Source of the DNA: Mobula birostris
Lineage: Eukaryota
DNA length: 64,000 nucleotides
Assembly: GCF_030028105.1 (NCBI RefSeq)
Contig: NC_092377.1
Span: forward strand, 5,027,079-5,091,078
Reading direction: 5' to 3'
Shown here: one piece after another, positions 34,224 through 47,100 of the stretch
How the letters are laid out: every line of letters begins with the position of its first letter
Numbering within the stretch: the stretch's first letter is position 1
Translations under genes and position numbers: made by a program
Notes under the pieces: generated by a model
The model's database searches: none
Seen by the model: only the letters and a program-made list of their open reading frames with translations
What the model was told of the DNA's origin: nothing

Positions 34224-34625
34224 CTGTAAGGGAGAATATCGTCACTTCAACCCCAGCTTGAAGCAGACATCTTTTGTTACATGACCTCTAGTGAAAGTAC
34301 AAACACTTTATTGCTTCTGATATTAATATAATGTTCCAGCTGTTCCTGAGTTTACAGAGTTCGGGTGAGACCAAGGTTGGGTGATAAATATGTGCTTCAA
34401 GTAATCACCACCCACTTCGAATTGAACGTGGAACATTACAGAACTGGACAGGACATCTGGCCTTGATGTTGTGCCAATCTTGATGCTCATTTATGTTAAA
34501 TATCCTCCTGCTATGTATCATTCATATCCCTCCATTCCCTTTGTATTCACGTGTCCATCTAAAATCCTCTTCAAGTCAACAAACTCCCTGCTCCACTACT
34601 ACCCCAGTAACCTATTCCAGGCAGA

Positions 34626-34970
34626 TACAGTAGATTCCGGTTCATTGGGCCATCGGTTAATCGGGCAGCTGCTCATTTGGGACATCTCTTAAATAACAAA
34701 AACTAATTGAGAAAATATTCAACATTCACTTTATTTATTTGGGACACTATGTCGCTTAATTGGGACAAGAGGTTGTTACTGCACAGTTTGTAACGAGTGT
34801 CAGCAGCGTGCACTTGTAAGGTCGTTACACAACACTGCTTCGAACGAATAGTTTTTAAATAGCATCAAAGCATGTGCTTTTGTTCACAAAGCAGTGTTTT
34901 GTCACTGATAGTTGATGAGAAATAAGCGGTAAGACAATTCAGAACTGTTTTGCTCACTACAGAAGTACAT
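34626..34970. mobile_element. Probable Tigger/pogo-like non-autonomous DNA element fragment
   Basis: tacagtagattccggtt...ttaattgggaca type terminal sequence; recognised by pattern only. Confidence 0.4.
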
Positions 34971-35329
34971 ATAAACTCTACATACGTACATGACCTTTAA
35001 ACTGTCCCCTGCTCTAAACGTAAAATTGTGTCTGGTGTTTGATATTTCTACCAAAAGGGAAATCAACCCGAGATTGACCAAGCTTTCCTTGTATTTCATT
35101 CCCTCTAATCCAGGCAGCATCCCAGTGAAGCTCGTCTGCAGGCTTTCCACAGTCTCCACATCCTCACTACACCAGGGCAATGGGAACTGTATACAATATG
35201 CCAGGTGGATCTGACTATACATCAGCAACCTGACTTAGAGTCATGGAGCACAACAGCACAGAAGCAGCCAACCTATTCAACCTTTCCCTATACTTTAGTC
35301 CTCAAGTATTTTTTTTCTTCGGCAGTTGA

Positions 35330-38300
35330 ACGGGGCACGACTGCACAAGCACCTGAAAGTCAGACTGTGAGGTAGCGGGAGAGTTTAAAAGTGAGCAGAT
35401 TAACAGAGCAGACAATGTTGTAGTGGGCAACGGAGTAGTGGGAGACAGGGTAGGAAGGCTTTGTCTCAAGAGGCTTCGGCGAGCAGAGGCTGAAAGACGA
35501 GCTTCACTCCAAGTGAGGTAAGGCCAGGTAAGTTCCTTTAATTAATTTAGTTACCTCAGGAGTAGGTACTGGAGGCAGCAGTTAGGGCAGTTGAGTGCTC
35601 CGTTTGCAGTGTGTGGGAAGTCAGGGCAAGCACAATCGTCCCTGATGACTATACCTGTGAAAGGTGCATCCAGCTGCAGCTCCTGACAAACCGAGTTAGG
35701 GAACTGGAGCTGGAACTGGATGAACTTTGGATCATTCATGAGGCAGAGGCAGAAATAAACAGGAGTTACAAGGAGATAGTCACCCCTAAGATTCAGGAGA
35801 CAGGTAGCTGGGTGACTGTCAGGAGAGGGAAGGGAAATAGACAGAATGAGCAGAGCACCCCTGTGGCTGTTCCCACCAATAATAAGTATATCATTTTGGA
35901 TACTGTTGGTGGGGACGACCTACCAGGGACAATTTGCAGTGGTTGCGTCTCTGGCACCGAGACGGGACCCTCAGCTCGGAAGAGAAGAAGGGAAAAGAGG
36001 AGAGCAGTAGTGATAGGGGATTCAATAGTTAGGGGGACAGATAAGAGGTTCTGTGGAAGAGAACGAGAATCCCTGATGGTCTGTTGCCTCCCTGGTGCCA
36101 AGGTCCGCGATATCTCGGATCGAGTTTTCAGTATTCTCAAGAGGGAGGGTGAGCAGCCGGATGTCGTGGTCCATGTAGGGAACAATGACGTGGGTAGGAA
36201 GAGTGAGGAGGTCCTGAAAGGTGAATTTAGGGAGTTAGGCGCCAAGTTAAAGGACAGGATTTCCAGGATAGCAATCTCAGGATTGCTACAAGTGCCACGT
36301 GCAGGTGGGTTTAGAAATAGTAGGATAGCGCAGATCAACACGTGGCTGAAGACATGGTGCAGGAGAGAGGGCTTCAGATTTATAGATAATTGGGCAGTTT
36401 TCCAGTTCCGGCGGGACAGTTTACATCTGAACTGAAGGGGGACAAATATTCTTGCAGGTAGGTTTGCTAGAGAGGTTCCAGTGGATTTAAACTGGATACA
36501 AGGGGGGAGGGGAACCAGAGTGTAGGAAGAGATGTACGGGAGAAGGAAGGAAAAGAAAATAGAAAAGCTGTTTGCACAGTTAGTGATAAACAGAGAGTAA
36601 GAGGTGGAAAATTTCTTAAATGCATTTATTTTAATGCTAGGACCATTATAAGAAAGGTGGATGAGCTTAAAGCATGGATTGATACCTGGAAGTATGATGT
36701 CATAGCTATTAGTGAAACATGGTTACAGGAGGGGTGTGATTGGCAACTAAATATTCCTGGATTTTGTTGCTTCAGGAGTGATAGAATTGGGGGGACAAGA
36801 GGGGGTGGTGTTGCATTGCTTGTCAGACACAATATTACAGCGGTGCTCTGGCAGGATAGATTAGAGGGCTCATCTAGGGAGGCTATTTGGGTGGAATTGA
36901 GGAATGGGAAAGGTGTAGTAACTCACTTATAGGGGTGTATTATAGACCACCTAATGGGGAGTGAGAATTGGAGGAGCAAATTTGTAAGGAGATAGCAGAT
37001 ATTTGTAGTAAGCACAAGGTTGTGATTGTGGGAGATTTTAATTTTCCACACATAGACTGGGAAAGTCATACTGTAAAAGGGCTGGATGGTTTGGAGATGG
37101 TCAAATCTGTGCAAGATAGTTTTTTGCTGCAATATACAGAGCTACCAACTAGAGAGGGGGCAGTGTTGGATCTCCTGTTAGGGAATGAGGTAGGTCAGGT
37201 GATGGAGGTATGTGTTGTGGAGCACTTCGGGTCCAGTGATCACAATGCCATTAGTTTCAATATGATTATGGAGAAGATTAGGTCTGGACCCAGGGTTGAG
37301 ATTTTTCATTGGAGAAAGGCTAACTTTGAGGAGATGCAAAAGGATTTAGAAGGAATGGATTGGGACAATTTGTTTTATGGGAAGGACATAATAGAGAAAT
37401 GGAGGTCATTTAAAGGTGAAATTTTGAGGGTACTGAATCTTTATGTTCCTGTTAGGTTGAAAGGAAAGATTAAAAGTTTGAAAGAGCCATGGTTTTCAAG
37501 GGATATTGGAAACTTGATTCGGAAAAAGAGAGATAGCTACAATAAATATAGGCAGTATGGAGTAAATGAGGTGCTTGAGGAATATAAAGAATGTAAATAG
37601 AATCTTAAGAAAGAAATTAGAAAAGCTAAAAGAAGATACGAGGTTGCTTTGGCAAGTAAGGTGAAAATAAATCCAAAGGGTTTCTACAGTTATATTAATA
37701 GCAAAAGGATAGTGAGGGATAAAATTGGTCCCTTAGAGAATCAGAGTGGACAGCTATATGTGGAACCAAAAGAGATGGGGGAGATTTTGAACAATTTCTT
37801 TTCTTCGGTATTCACTAAGGATAAAGGATATTGAATTGTGTAATGTAATGGAAACATTTAGGGAAGTTATGCAAACTATAATGATTAAAGAAAAGGAAGT
37901 ACTGGCACTTTTAAGGAATATAAAAGTGGATAAGTCTCCGGGTCCTGTCAGGATATTCCTTAGGACCTTGAGGGAAGTTAGTGTAGAAATAGCAGGGGCT
38001 CTGACAGAAATATTTCAAATGTCATTAGAAACGGAGATGGTGCTGGAGGATTGGCGTATTTCTTATGTTGTTCAAAAATGTTTCTAAAAGTAAACCTAAC
38101 AATTATCGGCCTGTGAGTTTGACGTCAGTGGTGGGTAAATTGATGGAAAGTATTCTTAGGGATGGTATATATAATTATCTGGATAGACAGGGTTTGATTA
38201 GGAACAGTCAACATGGATTTGTGAGTGGAAGGTCATGTTTGACAAATCTTATTGAATTTTTTGAAGAGTTTACCAGGAAAGTTGACAAGGGTAAAGCAGT

Positions 38301-39475
38301 GGATGTTGTCTATATGGACTTCAGTAAGGCCTTTGACAAGGTTCCACACGGAAGGGTAGTTAGGGAGGTTCAATCGTTAGGTAATAATATTGAAGTAGTA
38401 AAATGGGTTCAGCAGTGGCTGGATGGGAGATGCCAGAGAGTAATGGTGGATAACTGTTTGTCAGATTGGGGGCTGGTGACTAGTGGTGTGCCTCTAATAT
38501 TGTTGTTTGTTTGTCATATACATTAATGATCTGGATTATCGGGTGGTAATTTGGATTAGTAAGTATGCAGATGATACTAAGATAGGTGGCGTTGTGGATA
38601 ATTAAGTAGGTTTTCAAAGCTTACAGAGAGATTTAAGTCAGTAAGAAGAATAGGCTGAAAGATGGCAGGTGGAGTTTAATACTGATAAATGTGAGGTGCT
38701 ACATTTTGGGAGGACTAATCAAAATAGGACATACATGGTAAATGGTAGGGCATTGAAGAATGCAGTAGAACAGAGGGATCTAGGAATAATGGTGCATAGT
38801 TCCCTGAAGGTGGAATCTCATGTGGATAGGGTGGTGAAGAAAGCTTTTGGTATGTTGTCCTTTATAAATCAGAGCATTGAGTATAGGAGCTGGGATGTAA
38901 TGTTAAAATTGTACAAGGCATTGGTAAGGCCAAATTTGGAGTATTGTGTACAGTTCTGGTCACCAAATTATAGAGAGAGTACAGAGAAGATTTACTAGAA
39001 TGTTACCTGGATTTCAGCACCCAAGTTACAGAGAAAGGTTGAACAAGTTGGTTCTTTATTCTTTGGAGCGTAGAAAGTTGAGTGGGGACTTAATAGAGAT
39101 ATTTAAAATTATGAGGGGGATTGATAGAGTTGACGTGGATCAGCTTTTTCCATTGAGAATGGGGGAGATTCAAACAAGAGGACATGAGTTGAGAATTAGG
39201 GGACAGAAGATTAGGGGTAACATGAGGGGGTACTTCTTTACTCAGAGACTGGTAGCTGTGTGGAACAAGCTTCCAGCAAAAGTGGTAGAGGCAGTTTTGA
39301 CACTGTCATTTAAAGTAAAATTTAATAGCTATATGGACAGGAAAGGAATGGAGGGTTATGGGCTGAATGCAGGTCGCTGGGACTAGGTGAGAGTAAGCAT
39401 TCGGCACGGACTATGAGCGCTGAGATGGCCTGTTTCCATGCTGTAATTGTTATATAGTTATATGGTTTATATAAG
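35330..39475 (+). mobile_element. Near-full-length degraded CR1 LINE (ORF1 and ORF2)
   Basis: ORF1 35611-36435 has a CxxC zinc finger and an SGNH esterase (GDSIVRG, VVVHVGNND). ORF2 endonuclease and RT pieces run 36657-39386 with stops; microsatellite tail at about 39460. Confidence 0.93.
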
Positions 39476-39659
39476 TACTTGCAACATGCGTGTAAATTTT
39501 CTCTGCATCCTTTCAGCCTTGTTATCTTTCCTTTGGGTAGGTAACCAGAACTGCACACAATATTCTGTCAAAGGATGCAATACTGAGGCTGTATAGGACA
39601 TTGGTCGAACTGCTCTCAGATCTTACTTCAGTGGTTGGTACGTTTATGGAGAAGATCCT

Positions 39660-40980
39660 GAGAGGCAGGATTTATGTACATTTGGAGAGGTGTAATATGA
39701 TTAGAAATAGCATGGCTTTGTCAAGGGCAGGTCGTGCCTTATGAGTCTGTTTGAATTTTTTGAGGATGTGACTCAACACATTGATGAAGGAAGAGCAGTA
39801 GATGCAGTGTATATGGATTTCAGCAAAGCATTTGATAAGGTACCCCATGTAAGGCTTATTGAGAAAGTAAAGAGGCATGGGATCCAAGGGGACATTGGTT
39901 TGTGGATCCAGAACTGGCTGGCCCACAGAAGGCAAAGAGTGGTTGTAGATGGGTCGTATTCTGCATGGAGGTCGGTGATCAGCGGAGTGCCTCAGAGGTA
40001 TGTTCTGGGACCCCTTCTCTTTGTGATTTTTATAAATGACCTGGATAAGGAAGTGGAGGGATGCGTTAATAAGTTTGCTGATGACACAAAGTTTGGGAGT
40101 GTTGTGGATAGTGTGGAGGGCTGTCAGAGGTTACAGGGGAACAATGATAGGATGCAAAACTGGGCTGAGAAGTGGCAGATGGAGTTCAACCCAGATAAGT
40201 GTGAAATGGTTCATTTTGGTAGGTCAAATATGGTGGCAGAATATAGCATTAATGGTAAGACTCTTGGCAGTCTGGAGGATCAGAGGGATCTTGGGGTCCA
40301 ATTTCATAGGATGCTCAAAGCAGCTGCGCAGGTTGACTCTGTAGTTAAGAAGGCATATGGTGTATTGGCCTTCAGCAATCATGGAATTGAATTTAGGAGC
40401 CGAGAGGTAATGTTACATCTATATGGGACCCTGTTCAGACCCCACTTGGAGTATTGTGCTCATTTCTGGTCGCCTCACTACAGGAAGAATGTGGAAACCA
40501 TAGAAAGGGTGCAGAGGAGGTTTATAAGGATGTTACCTGGATTGGGGAGCATGCCTTATGAAAACAGGTTGAGTGAACACGGCCTTTTCTCCTTGGAGCG
40601 ACAGAGGATGAGAAGTGACCTGATAGACGTCTATAAGATGATGAGAGGCATTGATCATGTTGATAGTCAGAGGCTTTTTCCCAGTGCTGAAATGGCTGTC
40701 TCAAGAGGGCACAGGTTTAAGGTGCTGGGTAGTAGGTACAGAGGAGATGTCAGGGGTAAGTTTTTTACCCAGAGAGTGGTGAGTGCGTGGAATGGGCTGC
40801 CGGCAACGGTGGTGGAGGCGGATACGATAGGGTCTTTTAAGAGACTTTTGGATAGGTTCATGGAGCTTAGAAAAATAGAGGGCTATGGGTAACCCTAGTA
40901 ATTTCTGAGGTGGGGACATGTTCGGCACAACTTTGTGGGCCGAAGGGCCTGTACTGTGCTGTAGGTTTTCTATGTTTCTG
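39660..40980 (+). mobile_element. 5'-truncated CR1 (RT)
   Basis: ORF 39741-40892 with [17 protein letters not shown] and PHLEYCAHFWSP. Confidence 0.93.
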
Positions 40981-43139
40981 TGTTTCCAATATGGTGAGCA
41001 ATTGACGGCCCTTATTTGTGAAAGGATGTGCTGGTTCATGAAAATTATTCCAGGAATGAACGGGTTAAAATGTGAAGAACATTTCATGGGTCTGGGCATG
41101 TACTCACAGGAACTTTGATGAAGGAAGGGGAATCACATTGTAACCCATCAAATATATGAGGCCCTTATAGAGATATTTGCATTATTGTTAGCTACTGGTG
41201 AAGATCCATAAGACCGGAGGGTGGCTGGTGTTGTTCTAATGTTCAAGAAGGCTAGTGAGGTAGTCCAGGGAACTACAGGCTGGAGAGGCTGAATTCTGTG
41301 ATAGGGAAGTTACAGAATGCAGTTCTGAGGGTCAACACGCACAGTGGCGGAGGAACTCAGCAGGTCAGAGAACATCTATAGAGGAATAAACGGTCAGCAT
41401 TTCAGTCTGAGACCCTTCAGCGAGACTGGGAAAGAAGGGGGAAGAAGCCAGAATAGGAAGGTGGAAGGGGAAAGAATACAAGCTGGCAGGTGACACGTGA
41501 GGCCAGGCGAGAGGGACGTTGGGGGTGATATGAGAATCTGGGAGCTGATGGGAAGAAGAGCTAGAGAGCTGAGGAAGAAGGGTCTGATTGAAGAGGAGAG
41601 TAAGGCACAATATCACTTGGATAGAACCATATAATAGAACATAACAGCACAGAAAACAGGCCATTTGTCCCTTGTAGTCTGTGCCGAGACATTATTCTGC
41701 TCCCAGTGACCTGCATTGACCTGCTCCCAGTCCATAACCCTCCAGACCTCTCCCATCCATGTACCTATGCAATTTATTCTTGAAACTTAAGAGTGAGCCC
41801 ATATTTACCACGTCAGATGGCAGCTCGGTCCACACTCCCACCACTCTCTGAGTGAAGAAGTTCCCCCTAAACCTTTCCCCTTTCACCCTAAAGCCATGTC
41901 CTCTCATATTTATCTCTCCTAATCTAAGTGGAAAGTGTCTATTCACATTTACTCCATCCACACCCCTCATAATTTTGTAAACCTCTATCAAATCTCCTAT
42001 CGAGGCCAGATCAGGAAATGGATCAGCTATGAGCAGACTTGATGGGCTCTGAGTCCAAATTCTGCCACAATGTTTCATGGTCTTATGGTCTGATCAGAAA
42101 TGGTCAGCATGATTTTTGTGCCTGGGAGGTCATGTTTTAACAAAATTTTTGCTTTTTCTCAAAGAAGTAACTAAAGGGGTAGATGTTATCTATGCGGACT
42201 TTCGTAAGGCCTTTGACAAACTCCTGCAAATCAGGATGGCCTGCAAGGTAGGGCTGCATGGGATTCAGGGGGAGCTAGAGAGGTGGATTCCGAATTGGCG
42301 CAATGATAGGAAGCAGAGGGTGATGGTTGCAGGTCGATTCTCCGACTGAATTCTAATTAATAAAGTTACTGATGATACTAAATTAAGGGAATTTGTTGAT
42401 GGTGAAGCAGATTACAATGAATTACTGTTAGAGAGTTTAGGACTGATCAAACACAGAGTAGGCAAAGACCTCAAAACTAGTCATTGCCTATAATTCATAA
42501 ATTTAAAGAGAGCCGTTCCTTACAATGTCTCCACCAACGTAAGGTTACAATTCAAATTTATACAGTAAATCTAATCACACTTGGCCAGCCGGTCTCCAGT
42601 CACCGTTTCTACAATTTACACAACATTAGCACCTATACAATCGGTTCCTCATTGATTGCAAGGAGATCCGGATCATCAGCGATGGGTTGAGGAATGGTGA
42701 TAAACCCGATGTTTTTAAAGCACTGGGCTGAATCAGAAAGGTTGGGTACAGGCCGAATCAAGATATCATGGTCCAAGTACTGGAGCATACAGAAATGACT
42801 GAAACTGATGTTTGGATGATGATTTCATTGCTGGGCCACATTGAAAGGGTCAGGCTGTCGGTGCCCGAGGTGAGGGTCCGGCAGGTTCAGTTCGTTGCCC
42901 TGCTCTGTGCTGTACCAAGGGTCCATGAACAAACTCTCTCTGTGGACCATCAGCACACTGTTTGTTTGCATTTATTGTTTGCATGATATCTTTTGTTTTC
43001 TCTGCACTTTGGGTGTTTGACAGTCTTTTTTTTAATTGTTTCTTTTGGGTTTCTTTGTTTCGTGGCTGCCTGTTAGGAGACGAATCTCAAGGTTGTATAA
43101 TGTATACATACTTTGATAATAAAAGTACTTGAATTTGAA

Positions 43140-46100
43140 CCTATGATTTCAGCCTAGATAAGAGTGAAGTGATGTAATTTGGAAAGTGAGAGGATTGTTC
43201 TATGAATGGTAGAGAACCAAGGAGAGTAATGGAACAGAGGGATCTCGGAGTACAAGTGTATAGTTTGTTGAAAGTGCCATCACAGGTAGACAGCTTGGTA
43301 AAGAAATCATTTAACCGTCAGCCAGGACATTGAGAGTAAGACTTGACAGAGTATGGTCCATTTGTGTAAATTATTGGTGAGACTTGGAGTATTATGTACA
43401 GTTTTGGTCATTCTGTTAGCAGAAGGACATTGTCAAACTGGAAGCAGTGCTGAAGAGATTTATGGAGATGCTGCCTGGATGAGAGAGCCTGAGTTATAGG
43501 GAGAGATTGGTCACACTCGATCATTATTCTATGGAAAACTGGAGAACGAGAGGTGACCTTAGAGCAGTTAGTAAAATCAGGAGGAGTATGGATAATGTGG
43601 ACAGTCACAGTCCTTTCCCCAGAGTTGGAAAGTCCAAACCTTGAAGAGACAGGTACAAGATAAGAGGCATTAAAAGAGACCTGAGGGGTAACTTCTTTAC
43701 AGTGGGGGTACTTAGTATCTGGAACGAGATGTCAGAGAAAGAGGTCAAGCTGGATCCAATTGCAACCTCTGAGTAACTTCAATAGGTGCTTGGAGGTTTA
43801 TGTTCCAAACACAGGTAACTAGGACCAGCAGGGAGGATGCTGTAGTCAGCAATGTCCAGTCAGGCTGAAGGGCCTTTGTTTGTGCTGTAATACTCTGTGA
43901 CTAACACCACAGACCCTAGTGAATGAAACCTTGCTTTTCAAGAGGTATTGAGGCCCTGGTTCAGAGAAAAAGGGTGTATAGCAGGCATAAAAAAATGAGG
44001 TGTTTATGAAGTATAAGAAATGCAAGAGAACACTGAAGAAAGAAATCAGGAAGGCTAAAAGAAAGCGTGAGGTTGCAGGCAAGGTGAAGGAGAATCATAA
44101 AGGATTCTACAGGTATGTTAAGAGAAAAATGGATTCCAAGTGACAAAACTGGTCCTTTGGAAGTCCAGAATGTTAATCCATATGGGAGATCTTAAATGTA
44201 TTCTTGGCATTTGTATTTACTTGGGAGACAGACACAGAGAAGTGAAGTAAAGCGGCATCAACTTCATGGAACCTCTACATATTACAGAGGAGGAGGTGCT
44301 TGCTACCCTTAAGAAAATGAGGGTGGATAAATCCCCAGGGCCTGACGAGGAGTTTCCTTGGACCCTATGGGAGGCAACTGCAGAAATTGCAGGGGCCCGA
44401 GTAGAGATATTTGAAACATTCTTAGTGACAGAAGAGCTACTAGAGGATTGGAGGACAGCAAATGTTGTTCTGCTGGTTAAAAAAGGCTGTAAACAGAAAC
44501 AGGAAATTATTGGCTGGTGAATCTGACGTCAGTGGGGGAAAGTTATTGGAAGGTATTCTCAGGGACCGGATATACAGTGCCTATAAAAATTATTCACCCT
44601 CTGCCCTGCCTTGGAACTTTTCATGTTTTAAGCATTAAATCACAGATGATTTAATTTGGCTCCTTTGACACTGATCAACAGAAAACACTTTTTTGGTGTC
44701 GAAATGCAAACAAATTTCTGCAAATTGGTCTAAATTTATTACAGTTATTAAACACAAAATAAATGATTACATAATTACTCATCCCTTCAAGTTAGTATTT
44801 AGAAAATTGTGAGTGGACATCTCTTTTCCTTAACCTTCAGGGTGTTCTGCACAAGGACACCCAAGTCCCTTTGCATCTTAGATTGTAATATCTTAGGTTT
44901 TTAAAAGAACATTTCCATTTCGCCACCACAGTCACTAACGCTACCTCTTTCAGAACCCTAGCGTGCAGTTTATCTGGTCCGGGTGACTTATGTACCTTCA
45001 TGTCTTTCAGCTTTTTGAGCACCTTCTCTCTTGTAACAGTAGCCGAATCCACTTCTCTTCCCTCACACCCTTCAACATCTGGCACACTGCTAGCATCTTC
45101 CACAGTGCAGACTGATGCAACATACTCACTTAGTTCAGCAGCCATCTCCTTATCCCCATTATTATTTCTCTGGCCTCATTTCTAGCGGTCCTATATCCAC
45201 TCTCATTTTTCTTTTATTTTTAACATATTTGAAAAAAACTTTTACTATCCACTTTGATATTATTTCCTAGCTTGCTTTCATATTTCATCTTTTCCTTTCT
45301 AATGATTTTTTTACTTGCTCTCTGTAGGTTTTTAAAAACTTCCCAATCCTCTATCTTCCCACTAATTTTTGCTCTGTTGTATGTCCTTTCTTTTGCTTTT
45401 ACAATAGGCTTGACTTTCCTTGTCAACCATGGTTGTACTATTTACCATTTGAGTATTTCTTCATTTTGGGAATACACCTTCCTCATTTTCCCCAAAACAC
45501 ACACCATTACTGCTCTGTTGACATCCCTGCCAGCAGCTCCTTCCAATTTACTTTAGCCAACTCCTCTCTCATACCACTGTAATTTCCCTTACTCCACTGA
45601 AATACTGCTCCATCAGGCTTTACTTTCTCCCTATTGAAGTTCAAGTTGAACACAGTCATATTGTGATCACTGGTTCCTAATGGTTCTTTTGCCTTAAGCT
45701 CCAGTTCATTACATAACACCCAATCTAGTATAGTTGATACCCTAGTAGGCTCAACGACAAACTGCTCTCAAAAGCTATCTCTTAGGCATTCAACAAGCTC
45801 ACTCTTTTGAGATCCATTACCAACCTGATTTTCCCAATCGGCCTGCATGTTAAAATCTTCCATGACTACCATAACATTGCCCTTTTGACTCACTTTTTCT
45901 ATTTCCTGTTGTAACCTGTGGTCCACCTCCCAGCCACTGTTGGGAGGCCTGTATATAACTGTCATCAACGTCCTTTTACCCTTGTAGTTTCTTAACTCAA
46001 TCCACAAGGATTCAACATCTTCTGACCCAATGTCACATCTTTCTACTGATTTGATGCCATTCATTACCAGTAGAGCCACACCACTCCCTCTGCCTACCTT

Positions 46101-47100
46101 CCTATCCCTCTGATATAACGTGTAACCTTGGACATTCAGCTCTCAACTACAACCATCCTTCAGCCACGATTCAGTGATGGCCACAACATCATACCTGGCA
46201 ATCTGTAATACTGCAGCAAGATCATCCTCCATATTTCTTATACTACGCGCATTTAGATACAAGGTAATCAAAGCTTGCAGAGAGATCCACGTCAGGTAGA
46301 AAAATGGGCTAGAAAATGGCCAATGAAATTTACTGCAGACATGTGTGAGGTTTTGCACTTCAGTAGGACCGTCCAGGGTAGAACTTACACAGTGAACGGT
46401 AGGGCACTGAGGAGTGTTGTGGAAGAAAGTGACCTGGGAATACAGGTCCATAATTCATTGAGAGTGGCATCACAGGTTGATATGGTTGTAAAGAAAGCTT
46501 TCGGCACATTAGCCTTCATTAATGTATTGAATACAGGCGATGGGATGTTATGTTGAAGCTGTATAAGATGTTAGTGAGGCCTAATTTGGTGTATCGTGTG
46601 CAGGTTTGGTCACGTACCTGCAGGAAAGATGTACGTAAATAAGTTTGAAAGAGTACAGAGAAACTTTACAAAGATGTTGCCAGGTCTGGAGGACCTGAGT
46701 TACAAGGAAAGATTGAATAGGTTTGGACTGCGTCTTTAGAACGTAGAAGATTGAGAGGAGATTTGTCAAAGGCATACAAAATTATGAAGGGTATAGAGAG
46801 GGTAAATCAAAGCAGGCTTTTTCTATGAGATGGGGTGGAACTACAACCAGAGATCATGGATTAAGGGTGATAGGTGAAAAATTTAAGGGGAACATGAGGG
46901 GAAACTTCTTCCCTCAGAAGTTCATGAGTGTGTGGAGTGAGCTGGAAGCACACATGGTGCTTTCAAGCTAGACTTCAAGGTTTAAGAGAAGTTTGGATAG
47001 GTACCTGGATAGTACGGATATGGAGGCCTATGATCCCAGTGCAGGTCGTCAAGAATTAGCAGTATAAATGGTTTTGGCATAGACTAGATGAGCCAAATGG
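43140..47100. mobile_element. Stack of old CR1 fragments in both orientations with a Tc1 end (about 44575-44800)
   Basis: RT and endonuclease motifs in ORFs 44266-44520, 45768-46079 and 46275-46556; tacagtgcctataaaaattattcaccc Tc1-type terminus. Confidence 0.7.

Noticed and set aside
31751-34245. Calling the V exons functional TCR or Ig light-chain segments
   Set aside because: No RSS, no separate D/J segments and no C1 constant exon were found in the window; the downstream exons encode a TM and ITAM instead.
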